Source: Polyangia bacterium
GTDB taxonomy: Bacteria > Myxococcota_A > Polyangia > Haliangiales > JADYYK01
Reading direction: 5' to 3'
Assembly: GCA_044229835.1 (NCBI GenBank)
Contig: JBGASF010000011.1
Location: 10,765-74,764 of the forward strand
DNA length: 64,000 nt
Under the pieces are notes generated by a model, which saw only the letters and a program-made list of their open reading frames with translations, ran no database searches and was not told where the DNA came from. Shown in pieces: positions 1-9,258 of this stretch. The stretch's first letter is position 1. Every line of letters starts with the position of its first letter. The translations under genes and the position numbers were made by a program.

Positions 1-358
1 GCCCACCCGGCGAGTACTGATCCTCGGCGCGCACCTTCTTCTGCGCCGTCAGCCGGTTCAGCATCGAGTCGAGGTTGCCCGCCGTGATGCCGAAGAACAG
101 GCGCGGCCGCCCGAGCCGCGCGAAGTCCGCCGCCGAGTGCCAGTCGGGCTGCGCGATGAGGCCGACCCGGAAGCCGCGCGCCTCCAGGAAGCGCGCGATC
201 AGCACTGGCCCGAACGCCGGATGGTCCACATAGGCGTCGCCCGACACGATGATGATGTCGAGCGCGTCCCAGCCACGCGCGCGCACCTCCTCCATGGTGG
301 TGGGGAGGAAGCGATGCGGGAACGCCTCACGACGTCCCAGTGGGACCAGCCTGGCCAT
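1..358 (-). CDS. ygiQ: YgiQ-family radical SAM protein, N-terminal part (gene runs off the window start)
   Basis: Absent from the ORF track because it is open at the window edge. My reverse-strand translation from the ATG at 358-356 gives [99 protein letters not shown], which matches the conserved YgiQ/UPF0313 N-terminal domain ([31 protein letters not shown]). Confidence 0.7.
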   Translation of the reverse strand, partial: MARLVPLGRREAFPHRFLPTTMEEVRARGWDALDIIIVSGDAYVDHPAFGPVLIARFLEARGFRVGLIAQPDWHSAADFARLGRPRLFFGITAGNLDSMLNRLTAQKKVRAEDQYSPGG

Positions 359-427
359 CAGCCCCACCGCATAGCACAGCCGCGCCCTCGATGCGAAGAT
401 CGGGGGGGCAGCTGCTCCGCTCTGCGT

Positions 428-1252
428 TCAGCTCAGGTGGCGCGCCGCGGTGCGGTCCGCCAGCGCCGCCAGCAGCGCCTTTGCCGGGCCGTCGGCCAGC
501 CCGCCCAGGCGCGTCTTGGCCTTGGCCACCAGCTCGGCCAGCCGGCGTCGCGCCGCCGCGGCCTGCTCGGGCCGATCGGCGTCATCGAGGTCGTCGGCGT
601 GCTGGAACGCGATCCCGAGCAGCCGGCCATAGTCGCCCAGCGCGCTCAGCGTGGCGCCATCGGCGCCGCCGCAGGCCCCGCCCATCTGCGCCGCGGCGGC
701 GAACAGCGCCCCGGTCTTCTCGGCGTGCACGCGCTCGAGGTCGGCCATCGAGACCTCGCCGCCGCCTTCCAGCAGCAGATCCCGCACCTGGCCCAGGATG
801 ACCCCGCGGGTGCCGCCGGCCGCCGCCAGCGTGCGCACGCAGAACAGCGCCGCCTCGGGATCGCGCACGTCGGGGAGCAACCCGAAGGCCTCGGTCAGCA
901 GGGCGTCGCCGGCCAGGATCGCGGTGGCCTCGCCGAAGACCTTGTGGCTGGTCGGCCGCCCGCGCCGCTCGTCGTCGTCGTCCATCGCCGGCAGATCGTC
1001 GTGCACCAGCGTGTAGGTGTGCAGACACTCGATGGCGCAGGCCGCCGCCAGCGCGTCCTCGACGCTGCCACCGACCGCCTCGCAGGCCCAGGTCACGATG
1101 CAGCCGCGCAGCCGCTTGCCCGGCCCCAGCAGCGAATAGCGCAGCGCCTCCAGCAGGCGCCCGGGATCCTCGGACGGTGCGGGGAAGCGACGGTCGAGCT
1201 CGGTCTCGATGGCCTGCTTGCGCGCCGCCAGCGCGCCGTCCAGATCGATCAC
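428..1252 (-). CDS. ispA: Polyprenyl (farnesyl/geranylgeranyl) diphosphate synthase
   Basis: 274-aa ORF with both Asp-rich motifs of trans-prenyltransferases ([17 protein letters not shown] and FQHADDLDD). GTG start overlaps the upstream stop (GTGA). Lies downstream of xseB, as in the classical xseB-ispA arrangement. Confidence 0.88.
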   Translation of the reverse strand: MIDLDGALAARKQAIETELDRRFPAPSEDPGRLLEALRYSLLGPGKRLRGCIVTWACEAVGGSVEDALAAACAIECLHTYTLVHDDLPAMDDDDERRGRPTSHKVFGEATAILAGDALLTEAFGLLPDVRDPEAALFCVRTLAAAGGTRGVILGQVRDLLLEGGGEVSMADLERVHAEKTGALFAAAAQMGGACGGADGATLSALGDYGRLLGIAFQHADDLDDADRPEQAAAARRRLAELVAKAKTRLGGLADGPAKALLAALADRTAARHLS

Positions 1253-1698
1253 CCGGTCGCCCCCGGTCCCGCTGGCGGAGGCGTGCCCGGCAGCGCGCCA
1301 GTGACCTCGCGCACCCGGTTCAGCAGCCGCCCGAGGTCGAGCGGCTTGGTGAAGTAGTCGACACAGCCGACCTGGTACCCGCGATCAATGTCCGCCTGCG
1401 CGGTGCGACCCGAGATGAAGACCACCGGGATGTCGCGAAACTCGCTGTTCTGCTTGATGGCCTGGCACAGCTCGAAGCCATCGATCCACGACATCATGAC
1501 GTCGAGCAGGATGAGATCGGGCTTGTCCACGTGCAGCGTCGAGATCAGGCGCAGCCCGTTGGCCGCCAGCTTGACCTCGTAGCCCTGACCCTCGAGGGTG
1601 AACTGCAGCAGCTCCCGCGTGTCGCGGTCGTCATCGACGATGATCACCTTGCGCGGCGCAGCGCCCGCCGTCTCACTCTTCGCTGGCGAAAGGCTCAC
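1249..1698 (-). CDS. Single-domain response regulator (CheY-like receiver)
   Basis: [15 protein letters not shown]...[22 protein letters not shown]...PVVFISG...DYFTKP is a canonical REC domain with the phospho-acceptor Asp context (LLDVMM). The start is uncertain: ATG 1698 overlaps xseB by 26 nt, and GTG 1647 is an alternative. Confidence 0.88.
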   Translation of the reverse strand: MSLSPAKSETAGAAPRKVIIVDDDRDTRELLQFTLEGQGYEVKLAANGLRLISTLHVDKPDLILLDVMMSWIDGFELCQAIKQNSEFRDIPVVFISGRTAQADIDRGYQVGCVDYFTKPLDLGRLLNRVREVTGALPGTPPPAGPGATG

Positions 1699-1930
1699 TC
1701 CTCACCTCCCCACCCGGACCCCTAGAGAGTACCTCGACCTTGCGCTCGGCCGCGTCGAGCACCTGGTTGCCCTGTCTGGCCAGCTTGACACCCTCCTCGA
1801 AGGCCGCCAGCGACTCTTCGAGGGTCAGCTGACCACCCTCGAGACGCTCCACCACGGTGCGCAAGCGCCCCAGGATCTGGTCGAACGGCTCGGTCTTCTC
1901 GGCGCCGCGGGGCGCTGCTGTTCCCGCCAT
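1673..1930 (-). CDS. xseB: Exodeoxyribonuclease VII small subunit
   Basis: C-terminal 85 aa of track ORF 1673..2272, starting at ATG 1930: [68 protein letters not shown]. This is the typical XseB helical hairpin signature (LEESL..FE.G..L...C...L..AE.K). Confidence 0.85.
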   Translation of the reverse strand: MAGTAAPRGAEKTEPFDQILGRLRTVVERLEGGQLTLEESLAAFEEGVKLARQGNQVLDAAERKVEVLSRGPGGEVRSEPFASEE

Positions 1931-2030
1931 GGAGCAGACGTTCACGCGTCCCGGCGAGCAGGTCAACATGAAAAGCCAGATACACCAGTTTGGCTTGACT
2001 TGCCTTGAGTTCGCGGGCGTATTGAGAACC

Positions 2031-2546
2031 ATGGGAAAGGCAGCCAAGGGCTCGGGGGGCGTCATCAAGGTGGATGCGCAGCGCACCTCGGAGCTGAAGA
2101 AGCGCTGGACCGAGTACCTGAGGACCAACCGGCTCAAGACCACCGGCCAGCGCGAGGCCATCGTCGACGAGTTCCTGCGCAGCCATGGCCACGTCAGCAT
2201 CGACGAGGTCCTGACCCGCGTGCGCAAGCGCCACTCCCGGGTCGGCCACGCCACCGTGTACCGCACCCTCAAGCTGCTGACCGAGAGCGAGCTGGCCGAG
2301 CCGCGCCACTTCGACGACGGCCAGACCCGCTACGAGGTCAAGGACCAGCACCACCACGATCACCTGATCTGCATGAAGTGCGGCCTGATCCTGGAGTTCG
2401 AGGACGAGGAGATCGAGAAGCTGCAGGACCTCGACGCCCAGCGCCTCGGCGGCTTCAAGATCATGCGCCACAAGCTCGAGCTGTATGGGCTGTGCCCCAA
2501 GGCCCAGGGCATCCCCAACGGCAGCTGCCCCAAGGACGACAAGTAA
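2031..2546 (+). CDS. fur: Fur-family metal-responsive transcriptional regulator
   Basis: From ATG 2031: [54 protein letters not shown] (winged helix), [12 protein letters not shown] (metal site, CxxC) and [11 protein letters not shown]. The upstream part of track ORF 1857.. has no homology signal. Confidence 0.85.
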   Translation: MGKAAKGSGGVIKVDAQRTSELKKRWTEYLRTNRLKTTGQREAIVDEFLRSHGHVSIDEVLTRVRKRHSRVGHATVYRTLKLLTESELAEPRHFDDGQTRYEVKDQHHHDHLICMKCGLILEFEDEEIEKLQDLDAQRLGGFKIMRHKLELYGLCPKAQGIPNGSCPKDDK

Positions 2547-2635
2547 CCCGCCTCGAGGCCGTCCCGTCGGCGCAGAAATTGCGCGTTTTCCGCCGTGGAA
2601 ACTTCGAACTTGCGGGCGGCGCCGGCATGCTCTAG

Positions 2636-2662
2636 TCTTGAAAATAGATTTCAATTTCAAGA
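2636..2662. promoter_or_regulatory. AT-rich inverted repeat, candidate Fur box/operator in front of the iron permease gene
   Basis: TCTTGAAA (2636-2643) and TTTCAAGA (2655-2662) are exact reverse complements flanking ATAGATTTCAA. The only strongly AT-rich patch in this part of the window, 8 nt upstream of GTG 2670. By my count 2640-2658 matches 11/19 positions of the classical Fur box GATAATGATAATCATTATC. Confidence 0.5.
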
Positions 2663-2669
2663 GTTCCCC

Positions 2670-4685
2670 GTGCCGAAAAAACTCTCCCTCATCCTGCTGG
2701 TGACCGTGCTCGTGGCCGGCTGCGAAAAGCCGCGCAGCGCCCCGCCGGCGGAGCGCGCCACCGATCAGGACACCCTGCGCCGCCTGCTCGGCATCCTCGA
2801 CTATGTCGCCGCCGACTATCGTGGCGCGGTCGCCGACGGCAAGGTCACCGACCAGGCCGAGTTCGCCGAGCAGGTCGCCTTCATGCACGACGCCGAGGAG
2901 CTGGCCGCCAAGGTGCCGGTGCGCCCCGGGGTGCCGTCGGCGCACAGCCGCGTCGCCCCGCTGGGCCAGCACGTCAACGCCATCGCCGCCGCCGACACCG
3001 TGGCCGGCGAGGCGCGCGCCATCCGCAGCGCCCTCATCGCCGACTACCAGGTCGTGCTGGCCCCGACCAGCCCACCGGCGCTGGCACGTGGCAAGGAGCT
3101 CTACACCACGAGCTGCGTCAGCTGTCACGGCGTGCGCGGCGACGCCGACACCGAGGCGGCGCGTCGCCTCGACCCGCCCCCGCGCAGCTTCGTCGACCCG
3201 CAGGTCATGGTCGACCTGTCGCCGGCGCGCGCCTACAACGCCCTCACCGACGGCGTGCGCGGCACCGCGATGGCCTCGTTCGGCGTGCTGCCGGCCTCGG
3301 ATCGCTGGAGCCTGGCCTTCTACGTCTTCACCCTGCGCCACGCCGGGTCCGACGCCGCCACCATGCGCAGCGGCGAGGCGGCCTGGCGCCGCGCCGGTCG
3401 TCAGCCCGCAGCCAGCGCGACCCGCCTGGCCGCGCTGTCCGACGGCGACCTCGAGCGCGCCCTGGCCGCGCTGCCCGCCGCCGAGCGCGCCGCCGCCGTG
3501 GGCTTCCTGCGCACCGAGGCGCCCTTCCGCGACGATCACGCCGGCGCCCCGATGGCGCAGACCCGCACCCTGCTGGGTCAAGCCATGGTCGCGCTGCGCA
3601 GCGGCGACCGCGCCGCGGCGCGCCGCCAGGTCGGCGCCGCCTACCTCGAGGGCTTCGAGCCCCACGAGGCCTCGCTGCGCGCCCGCGACGCCGCCCTGGT
3701 CGGCACCATCGAGGAGAGCTTCCTCGGCCTGCGCAGCCGCGCCGGCGACGCCGCCGTCAGCCCCGCCCGGGTCGAGTCGGAGGCGCTGCGCGTGCACGCC
3801 CTGCTCGACCGCGCCGAGGAGCGCCTGGCCGGCGGGCGCACATTTTCGGTGGGTTTCTGGGCCGCCTTCGTCGTCCTCCTGCGCGAGGGCATCGAGGCCG
3901 CGCTGCTGCTGACCCTGCTGCTCGGCGCGGTGCGGCGGCGCTCGACCGCCCCCGACGATCCCGGCGTGCGGGTCGCGGTGCGCTGGATCCACGTCGGCTG
4001 GCTGCTGGCGCTGGGCGCCGGCGTCGCCACCTGGCTGGCCTCGGGCAGTCTGATCGAGCTCGGCGGCGCGCGGCGCGAGCTGACCGAGGGCATCATCGCG
4101 CTGATCGCCGCGGTCGCCATGTTCAGCGCCAGCCACTGGATCCTGGCCCGCCTGGACGCCAAGCGCCGGGTCGAGGCGCTCAAGAGCAAGCTGGCCGACA
4201 GCGCGCGTCGCGGCTGGGTGCTGCCCGCGCTGGCCTTCCTGGTGGTCTATCGCGAGGTCTTCGAGGTCGTGCTGTTCCTGCGCGCCATCATGCTGGACGG
4301 CGGCGGGCAGGCCGCGCCGGTGGCGCTGGGCGCCGGTGTCGCCGCGGTCGCGCTGGTCGGCTTCGTGCTGGCCATGGGCCACTTCGGCAAGCGCCTCAAG
4401 CCTGCGCCGCTGCTGGCGACCGCGGGCGTGATGCTGTGCCTGCTGGCCATCGTGTTCGCCGGCAAGGGCGTGCGCGCGCTGCAGGAGGCCGGGGTGGTCT
4501 CGATCACGCCGATGCTGGCGCCGCGCCTGGACTGGCTGGGCATGTTCCCGACCGTGCAGACGGTGGCCGCGCAGGCGCTGTTCGGGCTGCTCTTGCTGGC
4601 GTCCACCGCGTGGTGGCTGCGCGGACGGCTGGGGCGACGCACCGCAGCGGCCGAGGCGCCCGCCGTGGGCGACGGTCCAGCCTAG
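2670..4685 (+). CDS. Cytochrome c / FTR1-family high-affinity iron permease fusion (lipoprotein signal)
   Basis: GTG 2670 gives VPKKLSLILLVTVLVAGC (lipobox). Heme-binding CVSCHG (CxxCH). C-terminal polytopic domain carries two RExxE iron-permease motifs (LREGIEAA, YREVFEVV). ATG 2595 is the alternative track start but would place the AT-rich palindrome inside the CDS. Confidence 0.85.
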   Translation: MPKKLSLILLVTVLVAGCEKPRSAPPAERATDQDTLRRLLGILDYVAADYRGAVADGKVTDQAEFAEQVAFMHDAEELAAKVPVRPGVPSAHSRVAPLGQHVNAIAAADTVAGEARAIRSALIADYQVVLAPTSPPALARGKELYTTSCVSCHGVRGDADTEAARRLDPPPRSFVDPQVMVDLSPARAYNALTDGVRGTAMASFGVLPASDRWSLAFYVFTLRHAGSDAATMRSGEAAWRRAGRQPAASATRLAALSDGDLERALAALPAAERAAAVGFLRTEAPFRDDHAGAPMAQTRTLLGQAMVALRSGDRAAARRQVGAAYLEGFEPHEASLRARDAALVGTIEESFLGLRSRAGDAAVSPARVESEALRVHALLDRAEERLAGGRTFSVGFWAAFVVLLREGIEAALLLTLLLGAVRRRSTAPDDPGVRVAVRWIHVGWLLALGAGVATWLASGSLIELGGARRELTEGIIALIAAVAMFSASHWILARLDAKRRVEALKSKLADSARRGWVLPALAFLVVYREVFEVVLFLRAIMLDGGGQAAPVALGAGVAAVALVGFVLAMGHFGKRLKPAPLLATAGVMLCLLAIVFAGKGVRALQEAGVVSITPMLAPRLDWLGMFPTVQTVAAQALFGLLLLASTAWWLRGRLGRRTAAAEAPAVGDGPA

Positions 4686-4739
4686 CCCGTCGCGCGCGAG
4701 AAAATGGGCCCCGCCAGCGCGGGGTGCTAGCTTTGACTC

Positions 4740-5372
4740 ATGCGGCTCGGTGGGTGGCTGGTGCTGGGTGTGACGTGCGGATGGCTGGTCGCCGCGCACG
4801 CCGAAGAGCCGACGCCGGTGCCGGCGCCGACCGCGCCCGCCGCCGCCGCGCCCACCGCCGGCGCGCCCGACGCGCCGACCATCAGCGCACGCTGGCAGCG
4901 CGCCCAGCAGTGCGCCGGCGCGCACGCCGCGCGCGACCGCGCCAGCTGCGAGACGCGCTGCGAAGCCGAGCGCAAGGTCGTCAGCGAGCGCCCGCCCATC
5001 ACCAAGGCCAAGCGCGGCAAGAAGACGCCCCCCGTCGGCGCGACCTGTCGCTGTCAGTGCACCGCCGCGGCGCTCGGCGTCCTCGAGAAGAGCTGCGGCG
5101 AGCTCGGGCTGGTCAGCGGCCTGGCCGAGCTCGGCCCCGGGGCGCGCGCCTGTGTGTCCCCCGGGCTGTCACCCGAGGCCGCCTGCGTGCTGCGCTGCGA
5201 CGACGTCCTCGAGACCTGCGTCGACGGCTGTGACAACGGCATCTCGCTGGTGTCGGAGCCGACCACGGCGTCGTGCATCAGCGGCTGCTATGCCTTTCAG
5301 ACCTCGTGCATGGGGCTGTGCGCCGACAAGGGCCAGCGCCCCGCCTCGCTGAGCGGCAGCGCCAAGCGCTGA
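4740..5372 (+). CDS. Secreted cysteine-rich hypothetical protein
   Basis: N-terminal signal peptide (MRLGGWLVLGVTCGWLVAAHA), a Pro/Ala linker, then many Cys in CxxxC/CxC patterns (CETRCE, CRCQC, CVDGCD, CISGC, CMGLC). G/C-rich third positions on this strand. No family recognised. Confidence 0.6.
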   Translation: MRLGGWLVLGVTCGWLVAAHAEEPTPVPAPTAPAAAAPTAGAPDAPTISARWQRAQQCAGAHAARDRASCETRCEAERKVVSERPPITKAKRGKKTPPVGATCRCQCTAAALGVLEKSCGELGLVSGLAELGPGARACVSPGLSPEAACVLRCDDVLETCVDGCDNGISLVSEPTTASCISGCYAFQTSCMGLCADKGQRPASLSGSAKR

Positions 5373-5409
5373 GCTGCGCGCACCGCCGCGCCCGGAGTAC
5401 CATGGCGCC

Positions 5410-6867
5410 ATGGCCGGCGTGATCGACGAGGCGTTCCTGGATCAGCGACTCGGGGTGGTGGAGCAGGCGCGCAGCTGGAGTCCCCGCGTCATCTCCAAGC
5501 TGGAGGCCCTCCTCCGTGGCGACGACGACGCCAGCATGTGGCGCGTCAACCCGCTCGCGTTCGGCGTCGAACGCCACATCGCCGAGCGCGAGGCGGTCGA
5601 CCTCTTCCTGCACGCCGCCAAGGCCGGCCTGGTCACCATGCAGTGGCACCTCCTGTGCCCGGGCTGCGGCATGGCGGTGGAGAACTTCGACTCGCTGCGC
5701 ATGGTGCACCGCGAGTTCTTCTGCTCGCTGTGCATGCGGCCCACGGCGGCGCAGCTCGACGACTTCATCCAGATCAGCTTCACGGTGGCGCCGCGCGTGC
5801 GCGCGATTCGCTATCACCAGCCCGACCAGCTCGAGGTCATGGACTACGTGGGCCAGTACCGCCTCAGCCGCGAGGCGCACTACGGCGAGGGCGGCCCCAA
5901 CATCCGCGACCTCATCACCACCTCCATCGTCGGTGCAGCCTGGCTGGAGCCTGGCCAGCGTCACACCTTCCACGGCGACATCGTGCCCGGCATCGTCAAC
6001 GCGGCCGAGCTGGCCGCGCACCTGGCCTGCGAGGTCCAGGTCGAAGGCCCCCCCGTCAGCGCGCAGCCGCCGCTGCTGCTGACCGTCGCCGAAGACGGCA
6101 TGCACCCGGGCCGCGGGGCGGTGGCCCCAGGGCCGCTCGCGATCGAGATGCACAACACCACCGGCCGCCGGATCGCCGCGCTGTGCGGCAACAAGCCGGC
6201 CCAGATGCTGCTCGAACCGGCCGACGCGTCGTTCTCGCCCTTCCTGCGCGGCAGCGCGCTGCTGACCAACCAGACCTTCCGCCAGCTGTTCCGCGGCGAG
6301 ATCATCCAGGGCGCCGACGGCATCGGCATCCGCGACATCACCATCGTCTTCACCGACCTCAAGAGCTCGACCCAGCTCTATGAGCGCGTCGGCGACCTCA
6401 AGGCCTTCGAGCTGGTGCGCCGCCACTTCGACGGCGTGGCCCGCGCCATCGCCAGCAACGGCGGCGCCCTGGTCAAGACCATCGGTGACGCCGTGATGGC
6501 CGCCTTCACGCGCGCCAGCGACGCGCTGGCCGCCGCCATCGCCATGCAGGACGAGATCGACAAGTTCAACGCCGAGTACGGCGGCCGCGAGATCGTGCTC
6601 AAGATCGGCATGCACCGCGGCGCCTCCATCGCGGTGACCCTGAACGACAGCCTCGACTACTTCGGGCAGACCGTGAACATCGCGGCGCGCGTGCAGGGGC
6701 TGGCCGGCGCCGACGAGATCCTGATGACCGACGAGGTCTTCCGCGCCCCCGGGGTGCAGCCGCTGCTGAGCGGCACCCCGACCCAGCCCGAGGACGCCCA
6801 GCTGCGCGGCATCGACAAGCAGGTGCGCGTGCACCGCGCGATGCGGGCCCCGAGCCCGAGTCGCTGA
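5410..6867 (+). CDS. Class III adenylate/guanylate cyclase with a Cys4-containing N-terminal sensor-like domain (DUF5939-like)
   Basis: C-terminal catalytic domain: ITIVFTDLKSSTQLYE, KTIGDAVMAAF, IGMHRGASI, DYFGQTVNIAARV. The N-terminal ~300 aa contains CPGC...CSLC. Confidence 0.9.
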   Translation: MAGVIDEAFLDQRLGVVEQARSWSPRVISKLEALLRGDDDASMWRVNPLAFGVERHIAEREAVDLFLHAAKAGLVTMQWHLLCPGCGMAVENFDSLRMVHREFFCSLCMRPTAAQLDDFIQISFTVAPRVRAIRYHQPDQLEVMDYVGQYRLSREAHYGEGGPNIRDLITTSIVGAAWLEPGQRHTFHGDIVPGIVNAAELAAHLACEVQVEGPPVSAQPPLLLTVAEDGMHPGRGAVAPGPLAIEMHNTTGRRIAALCGNKPAQMLLEPADASFSPFLRGSALLTNQTFRQLFRGEIIQGADGIGIRDITIVFTDLKSSTQLYERVGDLKAFELVRRHFDGVARAIASNGGALVKTIGDAVMAAFTRASDALAAAIAMQDEIDKFNAEYGGREIVLKIGMHRGASIAVTLNDSLDYFGQTVNIAARVQGLAGADEILMTDEVFRAPGVQPLLSGTPTQPEDAQLRGIDKQVRVHRAMRAPSPSR

Positions 6868-6939
6868 GTCGCGCGCGCCGACCGGCTCGGCTTGCGGACG
6901 CCCCAGCTCAGCAAATATCCTGGAGGCGGGGGGGACAAC

Positions 6940-8259
6940 ATGAAGAAGATCGTGCGTGCTCTGGCGGGCACAGCAGTCCTGGTCCTGTGGTCGAAGGCGG
7001 TGTGGGCGCAGTGGGGCGTGCTACCCGATCCGATGCAGACCGACTGGACGGGAGGCTGCCGGAATGCGCGGTTCCTGGATGGGCAGAACGGCTACCTGGT
7101 CTCCGACGGCCAGCGCCCGACCTTCCTCAAGACCACGAACGGCGGCGCCAGCTGGACCACCAGCAAGCCGATGCTGGCAACCGCCGCCAGCGGCACCCAG
7201 GGCATCAGCTTCATCCTCGATGCCAACACGGCGTTCGCCACCAATGACGCCCTGGTGCTGAGCAATACGGCCACCAACCGGGTCGCCCGGACCATCAACG
7301 GCGGCACCACCTGGCAGGTCGCCAACGTGGTGCCCACCGGCAGCCCGGCCGCGCTGCGCTTCACCGGCCTCGCCGCGGTCAGCGCCACCCAGGCCTGGCT
7401 GGTCGGCTACGTCCCCGCACCTGGCGGCCCCGTGCTGTTCAAGACCACCGACGGCACCACCTGGAACCAGGTCGCGGCCACCGGGTTGGGCACCAGCATC
7501 CCCACCGACGTGTACTTCGTCGACGCCAGCACGGGCGTCATCGCGACCGCCGGCGGAATCCTGCGCTCGGTGGATGGGGGCACGACCTGGACCTCGGCCC
7601 AGACGGGCGTCGGGGCCGCCGGGGTGTTTCGCTTCGTCAGCGCGACCACCGGCTTCATCATGGGCAGCGCCAGCAACCTCTGGAAGACCAGCAACGGTGG
7701 CGCCTCGTGGACCAACCTCGGCAGCGTCGGCTGCAACGCGACCACACGCAGCGACACCACCCAGATCAGCTACAGCTTCTTCGACGAGATGAACGGCACC
7801 GTCGGCTGTGACGGCTCGGTCGGCAACCAGAAGTTCCGCAAGACCGTGAACGGCGGCACTACCTGGACGGACGAGGCACGGCCAGCGGGTTGGCCGGTCG
7901 GCACCGCGGTGAGCTTCGGCGTCGGCTGTGTCGCCTACGCGGGCTCCAGCGCGCTGCGCTTCGGCGGCGCGGCGGGCTTCGAGGTGCGGCCGGTGAAGGA
8001 GGGCACGGCAGCGCCAGTGGTCGATGGTGGTGTCACGGCGGACGGCGCCGTCACCGACGGCGCCACCAGCAGCGACGGTGCAGGCCCGGGGGCCGACGGC
8101 TCGAGCAGTGTGGACGGCTCGACGACGGGGGCAGGCGATGACGGGGGCTGCGGCTGCTCGACCGGGCGAGGTGGCGGTGCCGGGTCGGGACGGCTCGGGC
8201 TGCTGGCGCTGGGATTGGGCGTGCTGTTGCTGCTACGCCGCCGTCGCGCGTTGCGCTAG
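6940..8259 (+). CDS. Secreted BNR/Ycf48-like beta-propeller repeat protein with MYXO-CTERM sorting tail
   Basis: ATG 6940 follows GGAGGCGGGGGGG. Signal peptide [24 protein letters not shown]. Six Sx[DN]GGxxW repeats ([47 protein letters not shown]). The C-terminus [37 protein letters not shown] fits the MYXO-CTERM pattern of Cys, hydrophobic helix and Arg cluster. Confidence 0.85.
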   Translation: MKKIVRALAGTAVLVLWSKAVWAQWGVLPDPMQTDWTGGCRNARFLDGQNGYLVSDGQRPTFLKTTNGGASWTTSKPMLATAASGTQGISFILDANTAFATNDALVLSNTATNRVARTINGGTTWQVANVVPTGSPAALRFTGLAAVSATQAWLVGYVPAPGGPVLFKTTDGTTWNQVAATGLGTSIPTDVYFVDASTGVIATAGGILRSVDGGTTWTSAQTGVGAAGVFRFVSATTGFIMGSASNLWKTSNGGASWTNLGSVGCNATTRSDTTQISYSFFDEMNGTVGCDGSVGNQKFRKTVNGGTTWTDEARPAGWPVGTAVSFGVGCVAYAGSSALRFGGAAGFEVRPVKEGTAAPVVDGGVTADGAVTDGATSSDGAGPGADGSSSVDGSTTGAGDDGGCGCSTGRGGGAGSGRLGLLALGLGVLLLLRRRRALR

Positions 8260-8297
8260 GGAAGCCCCGAGATCGCGCTCACGCGGCGACGAACCCA

Positions 8298-8325
8298 GCC
8301 AGCTGAAGTCGAGGCGAGCTCGGCT

Positions 8326-8334
<9 letters not shown>
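8298..8334. terminator. Hairpin between convergent genes (possible bidirectional terminator)
   Basis: GCCAGCTGAAG (8298-8308) pairs with CTTCAGCTGGC (8324-8334), with an inner CGAG/CTCG extension. No U-tract. Overlaps the last codons of the PP2C gene. Confidence 0.4.
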
Positions 8335-9090
<756 letters not shown>

Positions 9091-9221
9091 CGGGGTGGCG
9101 GGGGGCTGGTGGCCATGTGTGTGACAGGCGACAGCCTGGCTACTCTATCAAGACGAGAATTCCTGTCAACGCGCGGGAGCATCTGGAGGACCAAGGATTC
9201 CGCTCGGCTGGCAGGCATTTC

Positions 9222-9251
9222 CTTGACACCTGTTCAGGTGGCGGATACGGT
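9222..9251 (+). promoter_or_regulatory. Sigma-70-like promoter (TTGACA-17 nt-TACGGT) overlapped by a myxobacterial-type LexA-box-like site
   Basis: TTGACA at 9223-9228, a 17-nt spacer, then TACGGT at 9246-9251. CTTGACACCTGTTCAGG (9222-9238) matches 15/17 positions of the Myxococcus LexA consensus as I recall it (CTRHAMRYBYGTTCAGS), including the full GTTCAGS half. Sits directly upstream of cinA-thpR-recA. Confidence 0.45.
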
Positions 9252-9258
9252 GACTTTC

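Noticed and set aside
1722-4925. 1067-aa minus-strand ORF spanning xseB, fur and the iron permease region
   Set aside because: Its product is Arg/Gly/Ala/His/Gln-rich low-complexity sequence with no motifs. It lies antisense to genes with clear family signatures (Fur, CxxCH, RExxE). This is the typical shadow ORF of a very GC-rich genome, where stop codons are rare.
5401-5412. Perfect 12-nt palindrome CATGGCGCCATG overlapping the cyclase start codon
   Set aside because: It is short, GC-rich and made of two ATG-containing half sites. It is plausibly coincidental, and no second copy or associated regulator gene was seen.
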